The position numbers and the translations under genes were made by a program. DNA of 64,000 nt from a virus, in IMG/VR virus record IMGVR_UViG_3300032287_000965, positions 2,343-66,342 of that record, one strand, 5' to 3'. Below, piece by piece: positions 8,660 through 17,379 of this stretch. The number at the start of each line of letters is the position of its first letter. Position 1 is the first letter of the stretch. The notes under the pieces are model-generated. The model did no database searches. It had not been told where the DNA came from and saw only the letters and a program-made list of their open reading frames with translations.

Positions 8660-9094
8660 CTACTTATTACCTTTACCAAAAGATGTCGTTGACTTACGTT
8701 CGTTGAACAAAGGCATCCGCGCATCACTCTGGCGCATAAACGAATTGTCCACGGCTTCGATGTTGTTCTCAGACTGCTTCTGGTAGTGGTTGTTTCTTGC
8801 TTCCACCATCTCAGTCGGCATCTTGCACAACAGCAGCCCACCATGGGAGACTTCACCTTTTTCGTTTGCCGGAAGCATAAGCTCCGGATGATCTTCCGCT
8901 TTGACCGGCACCCAGCCTTCACGCATACGCATGGAGAAATTCGGGGAGGCTACACCGTTAATGTGGGTTGCTACCCACCGGTAAGACCAGCCCGGTTCTG
9001 GGGTTGGATCAGGCAGTGCTGAAGGTGGTACATAAACAGCACGTGCGGTTTTATCGCGTGAAACGAGATCACGAGGAGTGCGAGTATCGGCCAT
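8660..9094 (-). CDS. Head-module hypothetical protein
   Basis: 144 aa; P...PG..YRWV, REGW.PV, GGLLLCKMP motifs. Confidence 0.65.
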   Translation of the reverse strand: MADTRTPRDLVSRDKTARAVYVPPSALPDPTPEPGWSYRWVATHINGVASPNFSMRMREGWVPVKAEDHPELMLPANEKGEVSHGGLLLCKMPTEMVEARNNHYQKQSENNIEAVDNSFMRQSDARMPLFNERKSTTSFGKGNK

Positions 9095-9095
9095 C

Positions 9096-10082
9096 TTAAA
9101 TCTCCAATTTAGCTACTTCAGCAGCGTACTGCTGCGGGGTTAGTCCATACTTTTTAGCCAAGGCAAGTTGCCGTTGGGACAGTTGGATTTTCTTTGTTCC
9201 AGACGAACGAGACGCTGGAGCAACCACAGCCGCAGGTTTTTTTGGAGCCTCGGATTGAACCTGTATAGGTTCTGGCGTTTTCTCAGCATTCCCGCCAAAT
9301 AGTTCGGGGAACGTCTTCTGCATGCGCCCATCGATTTGGGCGAAGTATTCATCGTCACGAGGATCTACCCCGGAATTGACTAGCTTGTGATGCAGCCCTA
9401 GTGCGTAGCTGGTGTATTCTTCGAACCCCGGTTGACCGTACCACTGGTTTTTTGCCTGCCAGCGCAGCGTCTTTTCGTCCGGTTCAACTTGTGCGGGTTG
9501 AGATGGTTCTCTTTGTACAACAGGCTCATCGTCTTGTAAAGGGGTTGGACGATAATTTTTTGCTTGATCAAATCTAACCTTAGCTTCCATCAAGGCTTCT
9601 TGAGCCGCAATAATAGCGTCGGTGTCAAATGACTCTTGGGCATCTTTAAACTGACGGCGGGCTGCTTGCAACTGCGCTTCAGCCGCATCTTTGGCCGTAT
9701 TAGCAAAGACTTCCTGACCGTAATTGACCGTCTGCTTGAGCTTTTTGTTCTCTTCAGACAGGTACGTCATGAGCTTATCCATCTCCTGCTTTTCTCGCAG
9801 AAGGGCTTCTTTCATCCGGCGCTCGTCATGACGGGCATGTGTTAACTCTTTAATACGAGTCTGCACTTTCTCCGAATAGTTTTCGATTTCGTCGTCAGTC
9901 GGGTCTGCCACCTCTTTGTCCAATGGCTTGCGGCCACGGTCTTTTGCGGGGGTATCATCAACTATTTCAATTTCGACATCCTCTCCGGCATCGGTATCGG
10001 CCTGAGTGACTACGGAATCGTCTTCTTGAGCAACGACTTTCTTACCGTCGTCCTCGTCCGGAAACTTATAATTATCTAACAT
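9096..10082 (-). CDS. Capsid scaffolding protein (putative)
   Basis: 328 aa; acidic N-terminus, long coiled coil, C-terminal LS..Q..LA.K.G.T..QYA; lies between portal and MCP. Confidence 0.65.
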   Translation of the reverse strand: MLDNYKFPDEDDGKKVVAQEDDSVVTQADTDAGEDVEIEIVDDTPAKDRGRKPLDKEVADPTDDEIENYSEKVQTRIKELTHARHDERRMKEALLREKQEMDKLMTYLSEENKKLKQTVNYGQEVFANTAKDAAEAQLQAARRQFKDAQESFDTDAIIAAQEALMEAKVRFDQAKNYRPTPLQDDEPVVQREPSQPAQVEPDEKTLRWQAKNQWYGQPGFEEYTSYALGLHHKLVNSGVDPRDDEYFAQIDGRMQKTFPELFGGNAEKTPEPIQVQSEAPKKPAAVVAPASRSSGTKKIQLSQRQLALAKKYGLTPQQYAAEVAKLEI

Positions 10083-10094
10083 GTAACACTCCTA

Positions 10095-10523
10095 TTAAGC
10101 ACGGGTAATACCGCGTGGATCATCCACGACCGCATCAATCTGGTCGTCATTCAGCAGGCGGAACTCTTTTCCATAAATCTTGAATCGAGTACCGGAGTAA
10201 GTACGTACCAACACAAAGTCGCCCGGTTTGCACCAAGGGCCATTTGGGAACTTATCTGTGTCTTTGTACGCATCGGGACCAACATCCAGCACAAACAAAA
10301 TCGTGGTCGAGTGCTCTTCCTGACGCATGATCGACTCCGCTTTGACTAAGCTGGAGTTTTCAAACTTATCCGACACATCGGGAACGCCACAAAGAATCTT
10401 CCATCCTGTTGGCTTGGGCAACATACGCCCGCGCTCTTCAATAGGGATTTGCTCTGTTGGTTCTTCGACCTGTTGAATTGGCTCCGGCATTTGAATACCC
10501 GGAGGTAGTAATAGATCGCTCAT
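10095..10523 (-). CDS. groES: GroES-like co-chaperonin
   Basis: P.G..IL...V..VGP.....K.GD.VL...YSGT..KI.G.E..LLN.D.I.AVV matches the Cpn10 pattern. Confidence 0.75.
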   Translation of the reverse strand: MSDLLLPPGIQMPEPIQQVEEPTEQIPIEERGRMLPKPTGWKILCGVPDVSDKFENSSLVKAESIMRQEEHSTTILFVLDVGPDAYKDTDKFPNGPWCKPGDFVLVRTYSGTRFKIYGKEFRLLNDDQIDAVVDDPRGITRA

Positions 10524-10719
10524 CGTCTTCGTCCTCTTTGGTTGCTGCTTCTACAAGGTCAAGTAAATGTCGCTCTGCGAGGGCAAGACCCTGAATTACC
10601 CCGCAGAGTTTTTGATAAGAGGCGAAATCTGTGCAGACGCCATTTGCCATGTCGTCTGTGTAGTCATTCATGTCTTTGCGTATCTTGTCGCGTAGTACGC
10701 TTACGAAGTTGTGATCCAC
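10438..10719 (-). CDS. Hypothetical head-module protein
   Basis: GTG start with GGAG SD directly after portal; DF..Y....G.IQGL motif; its C-terminus overlaps the groES-like gene. Confidence 0.6.
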   Translation of the reverse strand: MDHNFVSVLRDKIRKDMNDYTDDMANGVCTDFASYQKLCGVIQGLALAERHLLDLVEAATKEDEDDERSITTSGYSNAGANSTGRRTNRANPY

Positions 10720-13233
10720 TTATTCTCCTTTTGGTGGTTTATCCGTTTTCTTAAAAGTAGCCATGTGCTTTAACGCAGCCTGCTTGCGTTGGAAATCTGA
10801 TTGATCTCTGGCCTTTTGTCCTTCCATACCAAGACGAACACCTTCTGCTTGTTGGGTTGCAGCAAGTTTTTGTTTGTCCATCTCAATCTGTGAAGCTGCT
10901 TTGAGGCCACCAAGTTGAATGTCCGCGTCGGTTTTTTGTTTGTCCAGTTCCAAACGTTGCGCTGCAAGCATGGCGTCTGCCTGAGCTTTCTGTTCTTTAA
11001 TACCCACCTCACGCTCTTTAAGCTGCAATTCTTGCATCTGCATCTGAACCATCGGGTCCTGCATCTGCTGTTGCGCTTGTTGCTGCGCCACTTGCGCTTG
11101 GCTCTCTTGCAGTACTTGTTGTGCCGCCTGTGCCATCATCGCCGACAAAGCAATTTCCATCTGTGGCGGCAGCTTCTCGTCTTCTGGTGGCAGAGCAATA
11201 CCCATCTGCTGCTCGATCTTCTGACGATATGCATAAGCCACGTGTTCGGAAATGTGCGCCATCATCGCCGCTTGAATCTGCGGTGCTCTTGGGTTTTGTC
11301 CGACTAGTTCTTGAATCAACGGATCATTCATTGCAGACATGTGCACTTGAATGTGCGCCTGATGATCTTGGTAGAAGAACGCTTTGAGTGGTTTGCCTTT
11401 TAGCGCGGCCATGTTTTCTGCTACAGGATCGCGTGGCTTCTGGTCGTCTTCCAACGGCACTAACTTTTCTGCATTCTTAATACCCAGCACTTCCAACATC
11501 TGACGGTGCAAGAATGGCAGGTCGTAAATATCCGGTGCCATCTGCGCCATCTGAATAACGGCTTGGTACTGCACTACACGCTGCGACATCGTCGCTGCAT
11601 TCGGATCACTGACAGGGATCAGGTCTACCTTGTCGTAGTCTTCACGCTTGGCTTTCTTATTGCCGTACTCAGGTGTGTACTCGTAAGCTGGATCGGTGTA
11701 GTCACGGATGATTTCTTTAAGCAGCTTGAACTCGCGCTTTAGTGTGTAGTGCACACGCGCTTGTACTGCCGTCATGACTTTAAGCTGCCGCTCCAGCAGT
11801 GCTAACGTTGTTCCAACAGGAGCCTGCGCCGACATGTCGGAGACTTTCATATCCGCAGTCGCTGCAAAGCGACGGCCTTCGTCCACGATTGTGCCCAGCA
11901 GGTTGTAGAGAACTGTAGACGGTTCCTTGTATGGCAGAGGCAGAATGCTGTCGCGGATGTTGCCGGATGCTACGTCCACATCACGCCACTCACCCGGAGC
12001 GATGGGTGTGTCGTCGCCCTTGATTCTCAAGCCTCTGGATTTTAATCCGCCGGGCAGGTTTGAAAGAGTACCTGCATCAACGAGCTGTCTCATCAACGAA
12101 GTCGCGTTCTTTGCAAAGCCGCCCACCAAATGGAACAAACCGAAGCCATACGCACCAAAGCCGGGGATGTACTGGTAGTGCACAAAGTGCTGACGCTTCA
12201 AACGCAGTGGGTCTTCGTGCTTCCAGTTTCTGCGAATGGCCAGAACTTCGTTGCTGCCTTTAATTAATGTGACGACGTATGGCAGCGCAATCTCTGTTGG
12301 CTCTTTGTCCTCATCAACATCTGCGTGTGGGTCGTCCTCAATATATAAGTCTACGTGGCACTCATACAGGGTGTATCTGTCGTCGTTCAAATCAGAGAAG
12401 CCGGTCTCTTTGTCTTTGGCTTTCTGAATGTCCTCTACCTTGCGATCGGGATCGCCCAACTCAACATCACGGTAGAACCCTGCTTGCTGCAACTTGATGA
12501 TCTCGTTCTTGGTCTTGCGCATCACGTGCGTGAAGCGATGGCAGGTGTCCATATCTGTTGCGCCGTACGGCAAAATGCCGTCTTCTGCTGGCACAAACAT
12601 CGACACTTGGCGTCCCAAATTGGGATCATAGTAGACCTTCTTAAACGCCGAGCCGGTAGCAGGCAAGCTCCACAACATACGCTCATGCTCTGGGCGGTAC
12701 TCCGACATGACTTCGGTCAACTCGAAGTTCATATCTTCTTCTACGCGCTGCGCTGCTTCTTTGATCTCTGGCGTCTCTTTACCGATGATCTTGGTACGCA
12801 CAGGACCCTGCGCTGGGAATGTTTCTGAGATGGTCTCAGACTGAAAGCGTACAACTGCTTCGGAGAGCATGGGGTGAAACACGCCACACGCGCCTGACCA
12901 TGGTTCTGTTCTCTCTTCTATCTGAAGACCAAGCAACTTAATGCCCTCGACGTACATCTTCTCCCACTCTTTGCGGGAGTTCTTATCGTTCTCAATGTCT
13001 TCCAAAAGCTCAGATGCCAGCGACTCAATCGCCCGGTCATCCAACTCTTCTGCCAGATTGGCATCAAAGTCGTCTTCATCTTCGGCCTTCATTACGTCCA
13101 ACTCAAAGCCCGGACCCTTGATGCTGACCGCTTCTGGGTCAACGATCTCGATCTCCAGCCCCGGTTCTTCGTCGTCAGTCTCCAACGCGCCCAACCCGGC
13201 GGGGGCTTGGTTTATTGCTTTATCGATTGGCAT
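10720..13233 (-). CDS. Portal protein
   Basis: 837 aa after terL; SR.EWE, HP.L.EA.VRFQ, GSAFKKVY, GFG.YG.G, LVDAGTL.N and a Gln-rich barrel-like C-terminus (P22-like portal organisation). Confidence 0.85.
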   Translation of the reverse strand: MPIDKAINQAPAGLGALETDDEEPGLEIEIVDPEAVSIKGPGFELDVMKAEDEDDFDANLAEELDDRAIESLASELLEDIENDKNSRKEWEKMYVEGIKLLGLQIEERTEPWSGACGVFHPMLSEAVVRFQSETISETFPAQGPVRTKIIGKETPEIKEAAQRVEEDMNFELTEVMSEYRPEHERMLWSLPATGSAFKKVYYDPNLGRQVSMFVPAEDGILPYGATDMDTCHRFTHVMRKTKNEIIKLQQAGFYRDVELGDPDRKVEDIQKAKDKETGFSDLNDDRYTLYECHVDLYIEDDPHADVDEDKEPTEIALPYVVTLIKGSNEVLAIRRNWKHEDPLRLKRQHFVHYQYIPGFGAYGFGLFHLVGGFAKNATSLMRQLVDAGTLSNLPGGLKSRGLRIKGDDTPIAPGEWRDVDVASGNIRDSILPLPYKEPSTVLYNLLGTIVDEGRRFAATADMKVSDMSAQAPVGTTLALLERQLKVMTAVQARVHYTLKREFKLLKEIIRDYTDPAYEYTPEYGNKKAKREDYDKVDLIPVSDPNAATMSQRVVQYQAVIQMAQMAPDIYDLPFLHRQMLEVLGIKNAEKLVPLEDDQKPRDPVAENMAALKGKPLKAFFYQDHQAHIQVHMSAMNDPLIQELVGQNPRAPQIQAAMMAHISEHVAYAYRQKIEQQMGIALPPEDEKLPPQMEIALSAMMAQAAQQVLQESQAQVAQQQAQQQMQDPMVQMQMQELQLKEREVGIKEQKAQADAMLAAQRLELDKQKTDADIQLGGLKAASQIEMDKQKLAATQQAEGVRLGMEGQKARDQSDFQRKQAALKHMATFKKTDKPPKGE

Positions 13234-13242
13234 GATTTGTCC

Positions 13243-14772
13243 TTAGTAGTACGCCGCTTTTCTGGCGCGGTGGTATATGGGTTCGTCTTTTTCGTCGGTA
13301 TCAAGGGTAATGAACCCCCCTTGCCTAAAGCGTAGCAGTGCTTGCGACGTAGTATCCACGAAGTCATCGTGTTCGCCAACCGGGAAGGCCGCTACTTCTT
13401 CGATAACTTCTCGTGCCCATCTGGTGTCGGGTGCCCAGACTTTGCCGCTGGTGAAGAGGTCGGCGACTGCGTTGAGTCGCACCATTTTGTCGTTGCCTCT
13501 GCTTGGGGAGAACTCCTGAACTGGAATACCCATTGCCCGAAGTTCTTGAATAAGCGGGGCACCTGCTGCCTTTTTCTCCACAATGAATGCATCGGGTTCC
13601 CATTCTTTATAGTGCTTCAACGCAGTTTGTTTTAAATCTGGAAACGCCATCCGCTCCTTGAACGCGTCCAACAGTATTAACTGTGGCGTGTCGTTCTCTT
13701 CTTCGTTGTACCAAATTCCCCACGTGGTGCAGGCTGAATAGTCGGAGTTGTTCTTGGTCTCAAAGGCCGTATCCCACGACTGAATAATGTATTCGCATTG
13801 CGGGGGGTCGTCACTTTCCCAGATGCGCCAGTGCTTGCGCGAGATGATGGCCGAGTTCTCTGAGGTGGGGCTTTGCATGTACTGGGCGTTCCAGTACCGG
13901 GGGTCGAGTGACGCCTTGACTTTCTTTAACTGCTCCAGCGGCCACTGCTCTGGCCACAGGCTTTTCTCGTTCTCGTCGTTCTCATTCAAGATGGCCGGGA
14001 GTTCTACGATCTCCCACGGCTCGGCATCCGGGTTTCTGGTCTGGTAGTCGATAAGCCGCCCGGTCAAGTCCAACAGCGACCATCTGGTCATAATGACAAT
14101 AATTGCCCCACCGGGCATCAGACGTTGCAGGGGGCCTGTCTGAAACCAACTCCACGCCGTATCGAACGCGAGTCTTGAATTTGATTTAACGTCCTGTTCG
14201 CTATGCGGGTCATCAATAACAAATAAGTCAGCACCGCGACCAGCCAAAGCACCACCGACACCCGCTGCGTAATACTGACCTCCGGCTCCGGTACTCCACT
14301 TTCCTGCTGCTTTCTGGTCATCTGCAATCCGCGTATCTGGGTAAAGTTCTTGGTACTCTTCTGACTCAATCAGGTTTCGCACCCGCCGTCCAAAGTCTTC
14401 CGACAAGCCCGCCGTGTGGGTGCCCATGATGATCTTCTTGTCGGGGTACTTACCTAAAAAATAAGCTGGGAACAGGTAAGACGAGAACTCGGACTTACCG
14501 TGGCGTGGTGCGATATTGATAATGACCCGCTTCTTTTTGCCGCTGATCACATCCTCAAAGATCTTTGAGAGCTTCCGGTGGTGGGGGCCGATCTTAAATC
14601 CCGGATACACATGGGTGGCAAACCCAAGCATGGAGTCCCTACCGATTACTTTACTGGCGCGGGCAGCGCGTTCTTCCAAGTCGGCAAGTAGTTCTGCTTT
14701 TTCTCGGGGGGTTAGGGTTGGGAGGGCGCGTTGTAGCGCCGTTATCTCTTCAGGACTCAGTACTGGGTTCAT
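13243..14772 (-). CDS. terL: Terminase large subunit
   Basis: Walker A APRHGKS, Walker B FVIDDP, coupling motif MTRW, nuclease SWDTA...DYSA and HDD.VD. Confidence 0.95.
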   Translation of the reverse strand: MNPVLSPEEITALQRALPTLTPREKAELLADLEERAARASKVIGRDSMLGFATHVYPGFKIGPHHRKLSKIFEDVISGKKKRVIINIAPRHGKSEFSSYLFPAYFLGKYPDKKIIMGTHTAGLSEDFGRRVRNLIESEEYQELYPDTRIADDQKAAGKWSTGAGGQYYAAGVGGALAGRGADLFVIDDPHSEQDVKSNSRLAFDTAWSWFQTGPLQRLMPGGAIIVIMTRWSLLDLTGRLIDYQTRNPDAEPWEIVELPAILNENDENEKSLWPEQWPLEQLKKVKASLDPRYWNAQYMQSPTSENSAIISRKHWRIWESDDPPQCEYIIQSWDTAFETKNNSDYSACTTWGIWYNEEENDTPQLILLDAFKERMAFPDLKQTALKHYKEWEPDAFIVEKKAAGAPLIQELRAMGIPVQEFSPSRGNDKMVRLNAVADLFTSGKVWAPDTRWAREVIEEVAAFPVGEHDDFVDTTSQALLRFRQGGFITLDTDEKDEPIYHRARKAAYY

Positions 14773-15355
14773 TGTCTACACTTTGACATTCTATTTCTTC
14801 GACTTCTCTGACATCCGTGATGTCCACGATCTTGGCGAATTTACCCAGCTTTTCCTTGATCCGCGCTTCCAGTTCAGCGTCGGACAACTCTGTCTTCTTA
14901 ATCTCGATCTTCTCGGTGAACAGCCCCACTTCCGTGACTTTGCCCAGAAGCGCCAATGCTTTAAGCCTGACGCTGGCTGTCGGATGGTTGGTTTCTTCCA
15001 GTATCTTGGCCACCGTATACCCGCGTAGCTCCTTGGCCTGATTGATGAACTCCCAATCGTACGCCGTTAGCATTCCAACAAGGTGTTGTACCGCTGCGGG
15101 GGTTTTGATTTCAGCTAATGCAGCGCGGGAGTGCTCGTCGGGCTGGGCGGTGACGATATTGGTGAAGGCCGTTCTGGCTGCTTGGGACTCCAACTCATTG
15201 GCGACCTCGTCGCTGGCCGCGCCCAGACTTTTTAACCAGTCGGCGGTATCTACTTTGGCATCTACCAAGTCTGCCGGAGCAGTTTTTTCAAGCGTGACGA
15301 AGCCAGCGGAGTCGTCGTCCACATCGGGGGTGAATTCTATTAGGTGATCCAACAT
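14750..15355 (-). CDS. terS: Terminase small subunit (putative)
   Basis: Directly upstream of and overlapping terL; RLKAL.LLGK...GLF.EK.E motif; start trimmed to ATG 15355 with AAGGGA SD. Confidence 0.7.
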   Translation of the reverse strand: MLDHLIEFTPDVDDDSAGFVTLEKTAPADLVDAKVDTADWLKSLGAASDEVANELESQAARTAFTNIVTAQPDEHSRAALAEIKTPAAVQHLVGMLTAYDWEFINQAKELRGYTVAKILEETNHPTASVRLKALALLGKVTEVGLFTEKIEIKKTELSDAELEARIKEKLGKFAKIVDITDVREVEEIECQSVDNEPSTES

Positions 15356-15366
15356 GCGCAGGTCCC

Positions 15367-15396
15367 TTGCGTACCTCGTTGCGCGGAGTGTATAGT
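15367..15396 (+). promoter_or_regulatory. sigma70-type promoter for the candidate sRNA
   Basis: TTGCGT (15367-72), 18 nt, TATAGT (15391-96). Confidence 0.55.
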
Positions 15397-15415
15397 GTGT
15401 AAAGCAAGTGCGCAA
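15387..15415 (-). promoter_or_regulatory. sigma70-type promoter for terS/packaging-head operon
   Basis: Minus strand TTGCGC (15415-10), 17 nt, TACACT (15392-87); gives a ~25-nt leader containing the terS SD. Confidence 0.55.
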
Positions 15416-15495
15416 GTGGCAACTCTTGACATTTGCTTCTCCTTTGCTCGTCTCCGGGCATCTTTGGCCCCCGATCCCCCTCGGGGGCTTTTTTT
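15402..15495 (+). ncRNA. Candidate trans-acting anti-RBS small RNA (~94 nt)
   Basis: Bounded by a promoter and an intrinsic terminator; three hairpins; CATTTGCTTCTCCTTTG (15430-46) is complementary to the RBS+start of several plus-strand genes. Confidence 0.6.
15467..15495 (+). terminator. Intrinsic terminator
   Basis: GCCCCCGA-TCCCCC-TCGGGGGC followed by T7; no plus-strand CDS upstream to explain it. Confidence 0.8.
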
Positions 15496-15505
15496 GGGCT
15501 GTGTT

Positions 15506-15521
15506 TGTCCAACGTTTGACA
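15506..15521. promoter_or_regulatory. Putative operator TGTC-N8-GACA (copy 1)
   Basis: Reverse complement TGTCAAACGTTGGACA matches 31676-31691 at 14/16. Confidence 0.45.
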
Positions 15522-15708
15522 GTGTTGTTATAATTTTTTTAATAATAGTGGGGGGTTTTGTAGTAGTGATGGAAAAGTTATCAAGGTGAAAACGAAAATA
15601 GTGGGGATGGTTACGGAATAGTGTTCTATGGCGACGGGTATGCCACCCCAAAAAAGGGGTCATGGGGGTACGGTGGGGTCGCAAAGTTGCCGAAATTGCA
15701 CCGAAAAG

Positions 15709-15723
15709 GGGTCATTCTGACCC
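15709..15723. repeat. GGGTCA-N3-TGACCC palindrome, copy 1
   Basis: GGGTCATTCTGACCC upstream of the first early gene. Confidence 0.85.
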
Positions 15724-15817
15724 GAAAAAGGCTCTGGAAATGCCACACTTGCGATAATGGCTCTACCAAATGGCGCTGTGCCACTGGTAAACACTCAATC
15801 AATCGAAAGGAATCACC

Positions 15818-16195
15818 ATGAACAAGCAGACACAAGCCAAAGTAAACACAATCGTATCCAAGTTTCTTGATGCATCAGACGATCTTGTCATAAGCCTGCA
15901 CTCCGAAGGCTTGACCACAGACGCAGAGCAGAGACCGTACGTCATCGTTGCAGTATGCGCGAAATACACCGAAGGCAAAGGCTGGAATGAATCCGCGAGT
16001 GGCAAAGTCATGCTCGATACGAAGCACAAGCGCTATGAGTTCCTGAAGACCAAAGTGCGCGATGTCATGGCGGCACTGAAGGGCGAGACGCGTAGCGCGT
16101 CATCTGGCAAAACCGATCCGGTTGACGCGATTATCCGTGCCTTCAACAAGCTCGATGCGAAGCAACAGCGCGCCGTCATCAAGGCACTGGCTTGA
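15818..16195 (+). CDS. Early hypothetical protein
   Basis: 125 aa; GAAAGGAATCACCATG RBS. Confidence 0.8.
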   Translation: MNKQTQAKVNTIVSKFLDASDDLVISLHSEGLTTDAEQRPYVIVAVCAKYTEGKGWNESASGKVMLDTKHKRYEFLKTKVRDVMAALKGETRSASSGKTDPVDAIIRAFNKLDAKQQRAVIKALA

Positions 16196-16198
16196 TTT

Positions 16199-16215
16199 CG
16201 GGTCAACGTGACCCG
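16199..16215. repeat. Palindrome, copy 2
   Basis: CGGGTCAACGTGACCCG followed by a T-tract. Confidence 0.9.
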
Positions 16216-16292
16216 TTTTTTCCACGGGGCATCGGCGTGAGGTCTGGCTGGTGTTCCGTTATCTGTCTAACCACCACCGAAAGGCGTTAATC

Positions 16293-16490
16293 ATGAAATT
16301 CGCACATATCCCAAAAGCAGCGTACTCAATCGGGCAAGTCATCACCGTACACGGCAAGCCCATGCGTGTGGAAAGCTACACCCATACCGGAAAAAACGTA
16401 GTCGTACATTCATTGGAAGGCGCACCGCGCTTTGAGCGGATTGTCTGTATCTGTACAGACGCGCAAGCCATTGAAGCCATTACAAACTAA
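16293..16490 (+). CDS. Early hypothetical protein
   Basis: Start trimmed to ATG 16293 (MKFAHIPK) after GAAAGG. Confidence 0.7.
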   Translation: MKFAHIPKAAYSIGQVITVHGKPMRVESYTHTGKNVVVHSLEGAPRFERIVCICTDAQAIEAITN

Positions 16491-16497
16491 CCAAAAA

Positions 16498-16514
16498 CGG
16501 GTCAACCTGACCCG
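16498..16514. repeat. Palindrome, copy 3
   Basis: CGGGTCAACCTGACCCG. Confidence 0.9.
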
Positions 16515-16538
16515 AAATTAACCCAAAGGAGCATCACC

Positions 16539-16751
16539 ATGGAATACGAAACAATGAAATGCAAAGGCTTTTGGTTGCCGACTGACCCGACTGCGAAGGC
16601 TGTTGGAATTATGGACGTACTCATAGCCAGAGGTAGTTGGGACGAGGTAGAGGGCGCCGATGACGAGCGCATCTTCTACTACATGGACGGAGCTGAGTTA
16701 CAGCGCGGGGATATTATCTCTGACGGCTTTGTTGTAATTGAAATTAACTAA
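16539..16751 (+). CDS. Early hypothetical protein
   Basis: 70 aa; AAAGGAGCATCACCATG RBS. Confidence 0.75.
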   Translation: MEYETMKCKGFWLPTDPTAKAVGIMDVLIARGSWDEVEGADDERIFYYMDGAELQRGDIISDGFVVIEIN

Positions 16752-16767
16752 CCAGAAAGGAATCATC

Positions 16768-16959
16768 ATGGAATACCAAAAATACACCCGCCATACCTTC
16801 AAGCGCCTGACAGCCGATGAAGTCCGAGAGTTCCGCGAACTACAAGAAGCCCAATCCATTGCATGGATGACGGGCAACAAGAGCCGAGCCAAAGAACTGG
16901 GCAAAGTACTGGGCGAACTGCGTAACAGCAACCTCGCCTACCGCAACCTGTATGCGTAA
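16768..16959 (+). CDS. Early hypothetical protein
   Basis: Start trimmed to ATG 16768; GAAAGGAATCATCATG RBS. Confidence 0.75.
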   Translation: MEYQKYTRHTFKRLTADEVREFRELQEAQSIAWMTGNKSRAKELGKVLGELRNSNLAYRNLYA

Positions 16960-16966
16960 CCAAAAT

Positions 16967-16983
16967 CGGGTCAACCTGACCCG
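16967..16983. repeat. Palindrome, copy 4
   Basis: CGGGTCAACCTGACCCG. Confidence 0.9.
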
Positions 16984-17011
16984 TTTATCCACCCCTGAAA
17001 GGAGCATCATC

Positions 17012-17161
17012 ATGAAAGACCAAACAACCATCGACAAAGTAGTAGCGCAACTTCAACAAGACATTGCCAGCGGTGACCTAACTGCGATTGAAGAACTGCT
17101 GCGCTTTGTGCCTGAGCAAAACCTGCTTGCGTACCTGCCCGAAATTACCCACAACCACTGA
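17012..17161 (+). CDS. Early hypothetical protein (49 aa)
   Basis: GAAAGGAGCATCATCATG RBS; MKDQTTIDKV...GDLTAIEELL. Confidence 0.7.
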   Translation: MKDQTTIDKVVAQLQQDIASGDLTAIEELLRFVPEQNLLAYLPEITHNH

Positions 17162-17172
17162 AAGGAACCACC

Positions 17173-17379
17173 ATGAAACTAATCAAAGAATCCACAGGTA
17201 TCGAAGTCAAGGCAGGAGACGTAGCGCACGACTTCAGGGGCGAAGCAGCCATCGTTACAGGCTGGGCGTTGCCCAGACACGCAGGATCAACGGGGAGGGT
17301 TTACGTCAAAGAGATGGGAGACAGGGGATTCACAGGCGAGTACTACCCATCTGTATACGGCATGAAATGGGTGGAATGA
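17173..17379 (+). CDS. Early hypothetical protein
   Basis: 68 aa; GAAAGGAACCACCATG RBS. Confidence 0.75.
   Translation: MKLIKESTGIEVKAGDVAHDFRGEAAIVTGWALPRHAGSTGRVYVKEMGDRGFTGEYYPSVYGMKWVE

Noticed and set aside
15340-15432. 30-aa minus-strand ORF MSRVATCALA... using CAAAGGAGAAGCAAATG as its RBS
   Set aside because: Not excluded but disfavoured. It lies upstream of the predicted terS TSS and does not explain the plus-strand promoter, hairpins and terminator. Kept as the alternative to the sRNA model.
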